DNA of 63,980 nt, the filler included, from Octopus bimaculoides (taxonomy: Eukaryota), in the NCBI RefSeq assembly GCF_001194135.2. It is 6 parts of 5 records of this genome, joined end to end, with 100 filler letters (N's around TTAATTAATTAA, not from the genome) between each part and the next. Parts side by side here need not be neighbours in the genome. Positions count along the whole stretch, not along the records: positions 24,026 to 47,303 come from NC_068982.1; positions 47,404 to 56,132 come from NC_068981.1; 4 more parts are not named here. One strand, given 5' to 3'. Made by a program: the position numbers and the translations under genes. Shown here piece after piece: positions 35,791 through 50,045 of this stretch (the first letter of the stretch is position 1; every line of letters begins with the position of its first letter). The notes beneath the pieces were generated by a model, which was given only the letters and a program-made list of their open reading frames with translations, made no database searches and was not told the origin of the DNA.

Positions 35791-37206
35791 AAAGTGATAA
35801 TTATCCTAAGCAGATTCACTACGTTGATTGGTAATGATTAAACTCCGTGGCTGACACAGGCAAAAGGAGCGCTAGTAAGTGTTATATAGACGAGTCTTAT
35901 AACTTGTTCATTATATTACCTCGTAATCATTAATAGGTAAGTTAGACAAAGCAGCCTCTATAAAACATCAGGTGACACCAATAATCTCTTTGAGGCTAAT
36001 AATCGACAATTTAATAACAAGAGTTAGTAACAGGAAACGTGTAATTATTATACCTATCAAGATCGATAGTGGTATCGGCTGTTCAGATTACCCAATTAGC
36101 CGGTTTTTATTAAAGCTTAAATTTCAATGAGCACATATATACCATGAATAAATAAGTCCCATACGGATGGATATTTCGGTCCTGATGCAGCCAAAGATGC
36201 GGGGATGTTTTATAGACATAATAGTTTATAACATTCATTTCCAACCGTTTATAAAAAAATTAAACATAAATACTGGAATCGCATTCAATTTTCTATGATG
36301 CATATCTACACTAAGGCAATCCAAATTTGGTATGATGAGAATTATTAATGTATCATCTTCCCCATTGGTACAAAGTGAGGAACGCCTTTACAGTTTACTA
36401 AAGGAACCAAAGATCTACTCAGAATAAGAGTGCTTAATCTGATTTTAGATTAAATGTGTTTGCTGAATTTTAAACCTTAGTATAGACCAGATAATTAGAT
36501 GATGTGAACAGTTACCGTCACCTACTATATTCATACATTCAATATTTACACGGTTTTTCTTACAAACTTTTGCTATTAAATAATCGAATATAAGCCTCGA
36601 ACAAGATTATGGGTCTTGGATAAAGAGTGGTCCTTAAGTTAAAGTTCATGAACATTATTTATAGCTTAAATGACAGATAACATGCATTATTTTGGTCAAA
36701 AACCGCCAGCTGGTGTAGATGAACTCAACACAATCTAGCGTAAATTTTTTGATATATTATCAACCAAAACACTATTTTTCAAGAGCTATCTTTTAAAGAA
36801 AACATTGGAAATTTCTAGTGAACTTCTGACTCTATGAAATAAATAATAAGCTCTGCTTCACAAATGAATAGTTTCAAAGAAAGCGATTCTCTTCATACAA
36901 CAGCTGAGGCTTACAAATTAAGAATCACTAAGCAATCATATATTCTAGAAAAACTATTTTTCCTCGAAACTTTGTGATGTGATCAATATTGCTATCTACC
37001 TTTCCATAAGAAGAGTGAAAGACGTGTTCTCTTTCTTTCCACTCGAGAAAGATCCTAACACGAGTAATCCATAATCATCTACAATCCCTGCAGAAAATAT
37101 CTTCTCTGAGTTATTATGTAGTGTGAGGTATCATGGTGTAATGCTGCTATCGATTTAATATGATTTGGGTAGCAGCTGAAAGGGAAATAGGAAGAGAATC
37201 AATAGC

Positions 37207-38670
37207 TATTATTATTATTATTGATTTTGACTGAGGTTTGTTCTTATTCTTTGTAAAATTTATGTGGGTAGCTGGTTACTACCTATAACCTTATATATTC
37301 GCAACCTTTCAATAATCTTTCAAGTGCTCAAAACCCTTCTGATAATCTTTCCTGTCCTTAAGAGGCAAACGTCCTGTAGAAGCGCTACAGGACATTCCAT
37401 TCCAATCACTTTCGACCATTTGTCTATGTCTTTACTCACAGTTCCTTATGCACGAATGATTATATGCATATCCATTGCAGTTTCCATACTCGAAATGGTC
37501 GCTGTTTCAAATTCTAAGTGATTGTAAGCTTCAAAAATCTTTCATCTTCTTTCTTTGTAATCCTGGAATCAAACAAACATGATGGATCAATTAGTAAGAA
37601 ACTTCACTTTTCCTTGTATATTATTGTTATATCTGGTTTACTATTTTCTGGCTTATCCGTTTGAATCGGTAAATCCTATAAAATCTGCACCTCTTCGACT
37701 CAAGCACTCCTTCAACCCGATGACCACACCAAATACTTTCAGTTTCAGATCCCCATCTCTGACAAAGCTTTCCTCCATCTCTTATATTCTCTCTGAGCCA
37801 ACTTGGGACATTTTGCAACAATGTGCATCCTTGTTTCATCCTAAATACCACACACTACATTTTGCCGACACCTTCTCTCCATACACATATTTTCACAAGT
37901 TGCTTGTTTTTAACGCTTGATCTTGAGCTGCTTCAATAAGGTGCTTTGTTTCTTTTTATGACTGCTCTTTTTTCAACAAAGCCCAGGTTTTGGTTCACAT
38001 ACATCTTCAGTGGCTTTCCGAAACTGATCATGCAAAGGTTACTCTTCAGTCTGTTTAGCATTCTCCCTTTGAATTCCATTCTTCTCTTTTTCTCCTATTC
38101 CACACTTGATCACCTGTTATTTATTCACTGCCTTTAGTAATTTCTCTGTGCTCTTCTGTAAATATTCTAGTAGCTTTTCCCTTCTGTATGTACACACTCT
38201 TTCACAGCAATCAAACCTCTTCCACCTTAGTCTCTCTTCAAATACAACCGGTTAATGTCAATTTTCGGACGGTGAGCTCCATACATTGTCAACAGATTTC
38301 TAGTTTTCTGTCAAGTTTCTCTAAGCCACTTTTGGTCTTATCTACAATTCTAACTCCATATTTGATTTCCGGTACTGCTCTTTCATTGCTTCAGTAACAG
38401 TTTTTGAATTCAACTTTGACTGTAATAATTTTCTCTCTCTTCATGTATACTTCCTACTGAGTTTTTCTGACTCCAGTATTTCCAAATACTTATACCACTG
38501 TCCTTTCTCAACTGTTTCCATCGTTTGCCTATATGGTATTCCCCGGTTTCTGTCAAGTTTTCCTAGCTTCATTACTAGTATAGTGCACTTTTCAATCCCA
38601 AATTCCATAACTACATGATGCGAGAAAATGTGAACAGTATGTTCAAGACTTTCAAGCTGATTTTCATTTT
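37207..38670 (-). mobile_element. 5'-truncated R4/Dong-clade element with REL endonuclease and (TAA)n tail
   Basis: MEFGIEKC, WYKYLEI, KLDRKTRNLLTMYGAHRPKIDINRLYL...GGRGL, AAQDQAL, HIVAKCPKLAQREYKR, DLPIQTD...KPDI, LQDVCLLRTGKIIRRVLS*, then (TAA)n at 37207-37223. Confidence 0.9.
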
Positions 38671-40129
38671 ATGAATAAAACTTTATATCTTCCTTAAAAA
38701 GGAGATGACACTAAAAAACGTATTTATTCAGTTATTCTATATGTAAAAGAAGTAAACAAATTATTTTACTTATCATTTCAAATTCTTGCTGATGATCCCA
38801 TTAGTACAAACTACGGTCAAAGGGTCAAGTAAAAGAGAGAAATAATATATGAATATTTAAATACCTAGCAGTATTCTGAAATGAGACTTATTATTATTAT
38901 TATTTTATTTTTCGATTCATCGAAAGACCTAGATGCAAAAAATCAAAAGCCCTTTGGGACATTTTGGTAACGTGATTGCGAGGTGAAATTTGAAAGAATC
39001 TGTCGGATCTCGCTCTGCATTTCCAAAATCATTATAACAAGCAACAAGAAAATTTGTTAATATTTCGAAGAGAAATCGATCTGTATTAAACAGAACTGTG
39101 ATATTCTAAAAACGTTGCTATCTATCTACGAAGTATCTCTTTTTCATTAACATTACAATGTGCATGGTGTACATATCTCATACAGAACAAGCTGATAGAT
39201 ATTCAATCGCAATTGGCTAAAACACTAAGAATAAAGGCATCATAAAGAACGATTATCTGCGCAACTGAATTAACAGATATGACATGTTTACGCATATTTT
39301 GACATATACACAGAAATTTAATTATGAAATTGAACGCAGATTCAAACAAGACACCTTTGCTGTCCACGTACCTATCTCGTACATGATACAAAAATAGTTT
39401 GAATCAACTATTCTAGGGAGAATGTTCAAATATTTCAGACATTTGTTGACGAAATTTCCATGGAACCAGACATTGATGACGTAATTCAACCGAGGAATGT
39501 GCAAGCAAGCTACACTTTCAGAATCCAAAAGCTCTAAGCTCCTTAACGATTTTTAAAAAGTGATGTATATAATCAGTGTAACAAAAGTTTTTTTAAAAAT
39601 AATAACATAAAGTTGAATAACATCACCAAAACTTATTGAGAGAAATTCTAAATACAATTGGTCATCGAAACTACAAGAAATAGTAGCTAGAAGCTAAATA
39701 ATTTTCAAATTACATCTACTGCCATAAATAGAGCGGATGATGTAGGATCTGAAAGAAAAACACGATGACAAGAACCAATTTGCTATGACTTTGTTCAAAT
39801 GTCTGCTCCATCAAGAGCCACAAAGGCTAAACAACAATGCTATGAAAAGTATTGATATCACTGCTATATTCAGGCAATCGAATAAGAATAATCGATGTTC
39901 GAATGTCGGTATAAGTTTTTTACTATGTGCATAGATGCCTGTCTACCAGTCTGTCTGTCTGTCTTGCGTTAACGTCTATTTTGAGCATATAGGACTTTTG
40001 GAATGAGGCTTGAAATTGTCTTGGATTCAACGATTTATAAGCAGCTTTAAGGACAAGAGTCTACCTTGAACAAGACGTCAGAGCGTCACAGGATTTTCTT
40101 ATTAGGTTCCACTGGTACTAATTGCCATT

Positions 40130-40215
40130 TGGATAAACAAAGACAACGTGAAGTGAAGTACCTTACCTAAAAGCACAACAGGATACTCGGTCCGAAAATT
40201 CAACGTTCGGCCTAA
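40130..40215 (-). mobile_element. Old SINE-C-like head/CORE remnant
   Basis: Minus strand gttgtgcttttaggtaaggtacttcac resembles the CORE-like ttcttgagcaagacactt of SINE-C. Confidence 0.4.
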
Positions 40216-41231
40216 CGATCGTGATCCCATCAAGCACTGGTGGGATCACGATCATTTGACCAACCAAGGTCTAAGTACTAAGTCATACGATTTCCAAACT
40301 AACATACTCAAAATACACATATGTATACAACACACACATACAAATACGTGAGTGTGTGGCGAGAGTTCATTGCAAAAACGTCCCATTAGAGACAGAAAAT
40401 AATATAGTACATAATAATATACAGGTTTTGAGGTTTGACTTTCTTTCGGTCTTTAAAAAGAAATCAAAATTATTTTTTAGCATGACTACTTAGCGTGTTA
40501 GACATTTCTATTAGCGACATTTGTATCGACATATATATTAACGATTAGGTCGAGGCGTGCCCACATATAAATTCATTTTGTGTAGATCAACAAATGCAAA
40601 CATATAAAATGCAGTCCTATATACCACACAAATGCTCACGTATTTTTACATCAAAAACAATAAAAAAAATTATAAGAGAAAGCAACAGTAATGCACAAAA
40701 GGAAAATTGTCCAATATTTGTAAAACGTATGTCAATATTTATTTAAACGCGACTTGTTTGATACAGGCCTACTAATTTACACGTTATTTACTCATCACCA
40801 TATACAAATCTCAGGATGGATTAAAACATATATACGTAAGTGTCGGAAGTGGCCTTGTTTTTCTATTTAATACGTCTGTATTTCTCTGTTTGTGTACTTA
40901 AAGTGCATTTCACATGTGTACTCGTGATGTGTGTTTGAGAATGTGAAGAATAAATGCGGGTTTCTGTTTTTGTGTGTGAGTATGATGTTCGTGTATGCCA
41001 GCGTGTGTGCGTATATGTGTGTGTTCTTATTTTTTAACTGAAATCATGTAGGCATATGCGTCCCTCACATCATCGATCGTGTAGGTATACATATACATAC
41101 ATGCATTGACACACATACATACATACATACACACGCATACACACATATATACACACACATAGGCATCCTATCAGAAATACACTAAATCACTCGATACAGA
41201 TTAACTACTCGGATACGAGTGGTTACCGACG

Positions 41232-41290
<59 letters not shown>

Positions 41291-41292
<2 letters not shown>

Positions 41293-41340
41293 TGGTTCAA
41301 TCCCAAGGTCATTCGTGACCAAACGGGATCTTTACTCTTT
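41291..41340 (+). mobile_element. SINE-C 3' tip
   Basis: caatcccaaggtcattcgtgaccaaacgggatctttac matches 45227-45262. Confidence 0.55.
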
Positions 41341-42386
41341 ATATGTATTAATCATTTACGAGTATTTCGTTTGTTACATGAATGAACAATGTGGAACATC
41401 CATACACAGATTATATAGAGGATATTCAGATCATATATTAAACTTATGACTACTCCATCTCAGTTAAAGTGTCAAATAAGATAATACATTTGTTGACAGA
41501 CGTGGTGAGATTGTTGGTGGCATTTTCTTTTAATATTACATGAAATTGTATTTAAAAATTTATGATGTAATGCTGATTGATGTAAAAACCCTACCAAATT
41601 ATCGAAACGATCGTAACTATTGAATAAATGTGATAGCCCACCATTATTTCTTTGATAGCTGTATATATTATACCCTGTTAGGGATGCACTACACTTATAA
41701 TCGGTTGCTTTCTCAGATTTTTAGTCTGTGGATCAATTGAAATATTTTTTCTCTCTACAGATTCTGTTTGTTTGGACTTCGCATTGAGTGATGATTGAGG
41801 TGTGTGTGTGAATACACACACCTCAATAAATATGTGTGAGTTGTATGTATAAATGTGTATATGCATGTGTGCATATATCTATGTGTGTATGTGTAGGTAT
41901 ACATGTAGCTGTCTGTTTATGTATATAAGTATGTATATGTATGTATCTGCCTGTGTATATGCGAGCGCATAAAACTGCGATATGTTGTGTATCTTCAGGC
42001 ATTCTCGTTCTTAAGTACAAATATGTAACTAATAACCCGCAGGAGACCTTGCATTTCTGATACTTCGCCCTGTGTTGATATAGTCTTAGAACGTCTTTCC
42101 GTTGCATTTAATCCTACCATATCTAGTACTATTTATTGGTGGAGGTGAGAGAGTGAGAGAAAGAGAGAGAGAGGAGAGGGAGGGAGGGAGAGAGAGAGAG
42201 AGAGAGAGAGTGAGATAGAGAAAGAGAGAGAGAGAGAGTAGAAAACAGAAAGAGAAAGTGAATAAAGGGGAATGAGAGTGGTAAAAAATGGTAAAATATT
42301 TGAATCACAAGCGATTATATCGGCATTGGAAAAGGAATAGCGGTATTTCTTTTCTGAGCATATCTCTAACGTTTTTTCTTTCTCTA

Positions 42387-42600
42387 AGGCGACGAGCTGA
42401 CAGAATCGTTATCGCACCGGGGAAAAATGCTTCCTAGAATTTTCTCCGACTTCATGTCCTGAGTTCAAATGCTGCCGGGGTCGACTGTACCTTTCATTCC
42501 GTCGGGATCGATAAAATAAATATCAGCTAAACACTGGAGTCGATGTGATCAACTTGCCTCCTACCCTGAACCTGCTGGCTTTGTGTCAGAATTTGTGACC
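42387..42600 (+). mobile_element. SINE-A, diverged
   Basis: Head ggcgacgagctgacagaatcgtt, B-box gagttcaaat, gtcgatgtgatcaac module. Confidence 0.75.
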
Positions 42601-42637
42601 AATATTTATTCCTTCTCTCTTACGTTGTTATTCAGAT

Positions 42638-43124
42638 ATAGGCGTAGGAGTGGCTGTGTGGTAAGTAGCTTGCTTACCAACCACATGGTTCCGGGTTCAG
42701 TCCCACTGCGTGGCACCTTGGGCAAACCTTGTGAAACTGAAAGAAGCCCGTCGTATATATGTATNNNNNNNNNNNNNNNNNNNNNNNNNNNNNNNNNNNN
42801 NNNNNNNNNNNNNNNNNNNNNNNNNNNNNNNNNNNNNNNNNNNNNNNNNNNNNNNNNNNNNNNNNNNNNNNNNNNNNNNNNNNNNNNNNNNNNNNNNNNN
42901 NNNNNNNNNNNNNNNNNNNNNNNNNNNNNNNNNNNNNNNNNNNNNNNNNNGACAACCTATGCTGGTGTGTTTACGTCCCCGTAACTTAGTGGTTCGGCAA
43001 AAGAGCCCGATAGAATAAGTACTAGGCTTCCAAAGAATAAGTCCTGGGGTCGATTTGCTCGACTAAAGGCGGTGCTCCAACATGGCCATAGCCAAATGAC
43101 TGAAACAAGTAAAAGAGTAAAGAG
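42638..43124 (+). mobile_element. SINE-B, full length (internal microsatellite falls in an N gap)
   Basis: ataggcgtaggagtggctgtgtgg head through gactgaaacaagtaaaagagtaaagag tail. Confidence 0.95.
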
Positions 43125-44680
43125 TATATACACGTAGCATTTTGTTGAGGAGTATCGACTAAGACATCTCGTTTATAGTTTTGCTTTATTATAATACCAC
43201 CAGAAAAGCGAATGCTTTTACTCATACACTAACTGCAACTTGGAATAATTAGATGAGGAAGTCATGCAATGGGAAACAAAACGAAAATTCGAAAAATATT
43301 AAGTGTTATTATTTCAAAGAATGGGCTAATTTCAAGCCCTCAGTCTTTAGTGGTGTGATGGTAATAGCAAATATTTGCTATACTAGAGCAATGATGTAAT
43401 TTTTCATGATCGTGAACCAGTTCATTGAACGGATATTATTACGTGACAAGTATTTCAACAGGTGTACAGTCAATGACATCAACAATAGTACAGGATTGTG
43501 TCTACAGAGGTGCATGGTTAATGAAATCGAAACCCTTTACAGAACTAGTATTTATTCTATCTATACGGAGAGAATAAAATACAATGTGAACCCGAACACA
43601 TTGACCTCGGAATGTAATGAGACCTACTGACTTTGGTATCCTTTTATTCCCGACATTGATAATATTTAAGTGTGTAAAACACGCTCGTTCACACATATCA
43701 CTGCATTGTTACATACAAACACAAATATATTCGCAGTGACATACATGAGTTATATATATGACTTCTATACTATAATGGAGGAAGTTGTTTATCAATTAGT
43801 TGGACTATGTGACTCTTATTAAAAGAAAGAAATTATGAAAGTTTCCATTGTCTACAAACTTCAAATTTTAACCAAAATAGTTCTTCATGCTCTTTTTCTA
43901 ATTGAAAAATTAAAATACCCGTTTGAATAAAAAAAATATATTTTAGTCACAAAACAAACTTATATTTAGTGCGGCATATGCCTGCCTGTTGTCTTTCTTG
44001 CTCTCTCTGTTGCTTTGTTCAAATGTTTTCATTAAAAGTAAGTGATTACTAAGGTTGTTTTGTTTAGATACTTGTAAGAAATATTTGTAATTTATTTAAC
44101 ATTATATCTATTCTGTATTGTCACAAATAATATATTGATGGTCGTTTTTATTCCAACATCATTCTCCTTTCGTTCTTTAGCTTTCTCTTCCTCACACGCA
44201 CACTTCATTCATAACCTTTATCGTTACATTCCTTCCATTTGAAATTTTTGACTGCCCACACTGTCATTGTCATTTTTTCCCCTTGCAACGCTCTCTCTCC
44301 CTCTCTCTCTCCCTCTCTCTCTCTCCCTCTCTCTCCCNNNNNNNNNNNNNNNNNNNNNNNNNNNNNNNNNNNNNNNNNNNNNNNNNNNNNNNNNNNNNNN
44401 NNNNNNNNNNNNNNNNNNNNNNNNNNNNNNNNNNNNNNNNNNNNNNNNNNNNNNNNNNNNNNNNNNNNNNNNNNNNNNNNNNNNNNNNNNNNNNNNNNNN
44501 NNNNNNNNNNNNNNNNNNNNNNNNNNCCCCCTCTCTATCACCACTCTCTCTCCATCTCTCCCCCCTCTCTCTCCCCTCCTCCTCCTCCTCTCTCTCTCCC
44601 ACGTCTATTCAACGTTTTCATTAAAAATAATTAACTTAACGTACATTAATAGGTAATATATAAGTGTGAGTTGTTTCTTC

Positions 44681-44850
44681 AAGGTGGCGAGTTGGTAGAA
44701 TTGTTAACACACCGGGCAAAATGCTTACCGGCATCTCTGAGTTTGAATTCAGCCGAGGTCGATTTACCCTTTCGGGGTCCATAAAATAAGTACCAGTCAT
44801 GCTCTGGGGTCGAAATTGGTACCCTTGTATCGAAATTTGAAGCATTATTT
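44681..44850 (+). mobile_element. SINE-A, diverged
   Basis: ggtggcgagttggtagaa...gagtttgaattcagccgaggtcgatttaccctttcggggtc. Confidence 0.7.
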
Positions 44851-44930
44851 CTTCAACTTAACTCTAGGCACATTTGCAGAAATGTAAGATGAATGTAAGA
44901 AAATGACATTCAAAAGTAGGTTATATATAT

Positions 44931-45266
44931 GTGAAGGCGCATGGCTCACTGATTAGAGCGTCAGGCCCACAATCATGAAGTAGTGAGTTTGATTCCCAAA
45001 CCAGACTGTGTGTTATATTCTTGAGCAAGACACTTTGTTACTCCAGTTCACTCAGCTGTAGAAATGAGTTGCGACATCACTGGTGCCAAGCTGTTTCGGT
45101 CTTTGCCTTTCTCTTGGAAAACATCAGTGGTGTGGAGAGGGGAGGCTGCTATGCATGAGCGACTGCTGGTTTTCCATATACGAACCTTGCCCGGACTTGT
45201 ACCTTGGAGGGGAACTTTTTAGATGCAATCCCATGGTCATTCATGACCAAAGGGGGTCTTTACCCT
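44931..45266 (+). mobile_element. SINE-C: tRNA-headed, CORE-like SINE
   Basis: A-box-like tggctcactgattag, B-box-like gtttgattccc, CORE-like ttcttgagcaagacactt...cagttcactcagctgtagaaatgagt. Confidence 0.8.
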
Positions 45267-46188
45267 ATACTGGAGGATGCGAAAGTACAGAAAAAAATAT
45301 ACATGCATATGTCAATCTCAGGATTGTGTAGCAGGAATTCGGACACTAATCGCTATATACTTGGCTAGACGTCACGCGTGAGCCACCACAGTTTCATGTG
45401 ACTGATCTATATCTCGACTAATCAGCGTGAAGCTGTGGCGTGATATGGCTCCTAAGATATTCTAAAATATAACCTATTGTCACCTCATAAGAACAGTTTG
45501 GTGCCAAGCTAATCAGTGTGTTGAGAGCTGCCGATTTATTTAAACGCTTCATCTCTTCCCGGGCAGACAATCTTTGGCTGTTTCGGACATTTGTGAAAAC
45601 AACTTGTTACTCGGGCTGACTGATTATGCACATTCACACTGCATCCTTTAAGTAGCTTCTACAGACATGGCGTGGTTTTCTCTCCACCTGGCGGCAATTA
45701 TTTTTTTAACAAAGCACAATAAAGAAGCGTTTGTTAAACATAATTCATTAGAAGTGGGTACTGAGAAACAAAATATTGATATTCAACATTTTGAGTTCGA
45801 ATTCTATTAGAAGCTACTTTATTTTGCATTCTTTCCGAGGTGTTAATATAAGTAAATAAGTTGATAAATAAATAAATACCATTAATATTTTGACTTTGAT
45901 TCAATTGACTATGCCTCTAGCCACCCAAAATGTTAGCCTTCTGCCCTGTCAAAGAAATAAAGTATAGGATAATAAATCGATTTTGATACAAGCAGCAGCT
46001 GGAATCCAATATCTTGGATTTACACAGTTCTAAAGACTTTCTTATCTAGAAGAAGGTTGCATCGAAATGAAATTGCAATTTTGCCTTGTATCACAGTGGA
46101 ATTTGATATGGACATCGTAATGAATATAAAATANNNNNNNNNNNNNNNNNNNNNNNNNNNNNNNNNNNNNNNNNNNNNNNNNNNNNNN

Positions 46189-46240
<52 letters not shown>

Positions 46241-47271
46241 ATACATATATATGTGTGAGTGTCTGTATATGTATATATACGTATATGCATATATATGTAT
46301 GTAGACTCATATGCATACATGTATATGTATACATATACATACATATATATATGATTTGCAAAGAGATTTAATAATATCTAAAATACTGAGGTCATCATAT
46401 TGAGACCGAGGTCACTATTCTCTCACTCAAATCGTTATCTTCTGGGCGAGTCCAATAATAGTTTTTGTGAAATCTTTGAAAGCGCTCTTCTCTCGTAATT
46501 ACCTACCGTTAAACAAGAAAGCTAAATGATTGATAACTAACTGTAAGTGAGATTGAATTTAGCTGAAAAGCGACACCAAAAAGTATTTTGGAAATGTTAT
46601 CAGAATGAAAGAAAATGAAAAACCGAAAAAATAATAATAATAAAAAAACACAGCAAAGTCAAATAAAATAAAACAAACAACTCAGGTTCTAATGAATAGT
46701 ACAAAATGAAGAACATAAAGTGAGTGTAAAAGTTAATTAAATCAAATTGCCTATAATAGTAAAGAAGCTAATTCCATCGGTAGAAATGACGGAAAGGAAA
46801 TATAGCTACTGAAACTATTCGATAGACAAGCAGGCCTTCTCTGCTGGAAAGCCTAGTAGGGGAAAAGATTTGACTTAAATATGGATGCCATCGAGACTAC
46901 AATTGGCAGTAATTTAGAAATCTATCATCACCTCTTTCAATTAGAGGTTATTCATTATTGTTTTGTGAGAGAAGTTAAAATATCTAAAAGCTGAACTTGG
47001 AGTAATTACACACATAAATACATGCATGCGCACAAACAGACAGACATCAATTCATACATACAGACATACATTACATGCATACTTATACATGCAAATGCTT
47101 ATATGTATGTTTGTGTGTGTGTGTGTGTGAGTGTGTCTGAGTGTAAGAATGTATATACACACACACATATATATATATATACATACATATATATATATTA
47201 TATGAATATATATATATTATATAAATATATATATATATTGTATAAATATATATATATATATTATATATACA

Positions 47272-47303
<32 letters not shown>

Positions 47304-47403
47304 NNNNNNNNNNNNNNNNNNNNNNNNNNNNNNNNNNNNNNNNNNNNTTAATTAATTAANNNNNNNNNNNNNNNNNNNNNNNNNNNNNNNNNNNNNNNNN
47401 NNN
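47304..47403. other. Artificial scaffold linker
   Basis: 44N-TTAATTAATTAA-44N. Confidence 0.95.
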
Positions 47404-47462
47404 AGAAGTTTTTCTAATGTGTGAGAGCTTTCGTTTAACCTTTTTAAACGCGCGCGCGCACA

Positions 47463-47517
<55 letters not shown>

Positions 47518-47649
47518 TTATGCCTATCCACGCCTCTCTGATTCAATTTCTTCGCTTGCCTTTCTCTCACACTTTCTCTGTATATAAGAATATATATATA
47601 TATTTGTATGTCTGTGTATATATATGTGTGTGTATGTTGGTATGTGTTG

Positions 47650-47696
<47 letters not shown>

Positions 47697-48841
47697 NNNN
47701 NNNNNNNNNNNNNNNNNNNNNNNNNNNNNNNNNNNNNNNNNNNNNNNNNNNNNNNNNNNNNNNNNNNNNNNNNNNNNNNNNNNNNNNNNNNNNNNNNNNN
47801 NNNNNNNNNNNNNNNNNNNNNNNNNNNNNNNNNNNNNNNNNNNNNNNNNNNNNNNNNNNNNNNNNNNNNNNNNNNNNNNNNNNNNNNNNNNNNNNNNNNN
47901 NNNNNNNNNNNNNNNNNNNNNNNNNNNNNNNNNNNNNNNNNNNNNNNNNNNNNNNNNNNNNNNNNNNNNNNNNNNNNNNNNNNNNNNNNNNNNNNNNNNN
48001 NNNNNNNNNNNNNNNNNNNNNNNNNNNNNNNNNNNNNNNNNNNNNNNNNNNNNNNNNNNNNNNNNNNNNNNNNNNNNNNNNNNNNNNNNNNNNNNNNNNN
48101 NNNNNNNNNNNNNNNNNNNNNNNNNNNNNNNNNNNNNNNNNNNNNNNNNNNNNNNNNNNNNNNNNNNNNNNNNNNNNNNNNNNNNNNNNNNNNNNNNNNN
48201 NNNNNNNNNNNNNNNNNNNNNNNNNNNNNNNNNNNNNNNNNNNNNNNNNNNNNNNNNNNNNNNNNNNNNNNNNNNNNNNNNNNNNNNNNNNNNNNNNNNN
48301 NNNNNNNNNNNNNNNNNNNNNNNNNNNNNNNNNNNNNNNNNNNNNNNNNNNNNNNNNNNNNNNNNNNNNNNNNNNNNNNNNNNNNNNNNNNNNNNNNNNN
48401 NNNNNNNNNNNNNNNNNNNNNNNNNNNNNNNNNNNNNNNNNNNNNNNNNNNNNNNNNNNNNNNNNNNNNNNNNNNNNNNNNNNNNNNNNNNNNNNNNNNN
48501 NNNNNNNNNNNNNNNNATATATATATATATATATATATAGGTAAAATAGACAGGGATATATGTATGTAGACATATGTGTGTGTGAGTATTCACACACACT
48601 TATAAACATATCTGTACACACACACAAATTTACACGTATTTACACACATAGCCGTAATGTTCTTGTTAATATTGTTCCTGACATTCAACGATACACGAAT
48701 ATATTGATTTGATATTAAGACACACACAAATATGTTTATACGTGTGTGCGTACTTATGAAGACGTTCATCCACTCACACATACATACATACATACATACA
48801 TATATACATATATACGTACGTGCATTCATTTATACTTATTA

Positions 48842-48893
<52 letters not shown>

Positions 48894-49054
48894 CTAATTG
48901 TCTTAGCGTTTATATACATCTGTAATAATATGCAAACATCTATACGTTTACCATTATATTATATTACGCAAATAGGTGTGTAATTGTGTGCTCGCGTGTG
49001 TGTGTATACACGCACGATTATACATAAATGTTTAGATCGTCGTTAGTATATATA

Positions 49055-49240
49055 TTCGTTTCAAATTTTGGCACAAAGCCAGCAAAATGGAGGAGAGGTA
49101 GGTCGATTACATCGACCCCGAAAAAAAAAAAGAAAATCCAATATCGACTGGGGTGAAATTTGAAAGCAGAACGTAAAGGTGGACGAAATGCCGGAAAGCG
49201 TTTTATCAGGTGCCCTAACAATTCAGCCAGCTCGCAGACT
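49055..49240 (-). mobile_element. SINE-A, diverged
   Basis: gtcgattacatcgacccc hairpin module and head ctaacaattcagccagctcgc on the reverse strand. Confidence 0.65.
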
Positions 49241-49308
49241 TACGTAGTTCTAACACTTGAGTATGTCATATACACCCTTTATAAAAACTATCGATATAAA
49301 CATGTGTG

Positions 49309-49339
<31 letters not shown>

Positions 49340-49655
49340 NNNNNNNNNNNNNNNNNNNNNNNNNNNNNNNNNNNNNNNNNNNNNNNNNNNNNNNNNNNNN
49401 NNNNNNNNNNNNNNNNNNNNNNNNNNNNNNNNNATATATATACAAATGATATATAAGCATATATGTACATACCTACATCTACATGTATATATAGATGCAT
49501 ATTCGGGTTCAGGACGTTAGACAAATGAACGGGAGCATAAAAACAAAACGGACTTTGTTTACAGACAACAGAACGAACACATGGGAAAACAAACAAGCCA
49601 CTTGGAAATTAATCCTTCATCAGCTGCCTCTATTCTAAAACCATGCGTTTCGAAG

Positions 49656-49689
<34 letters not shown>

Positions 49690-49929
49690 GTAGATTTCAT
49701 AGAGGTTATTTATATACACCTATACATTCTCATATATGCTTATATATTTATACATATGAATATATATATATGTGTGTGTGTATGTATTTGTGTGTTTATA
49801 TGTGCGTGTATATATAAATATGCATATATATATATGTAAATACATATATGTATATATATATATAATATATGCACACACATTTGAATATATAAATACATTG
49901 AAATACATTTATATATAGCTCATCTTTTG

Positions 49930-49979
<50 letters not shown>

Positions 49980-50045
49980 TGTATGTATATATGTTTAGAA
50001 ATTTATGCTCGGAGATTCTTGATATGAAGTGGTGTGTTGAAACAA

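Noticed and set aside
35800-37200. Possible decayed coding sequence (GPCR- or transposase-like) here and at 39150-39560
   Set aside because: Only short suggestive peptides interrupted by stops; I could not assign any family with confidence.
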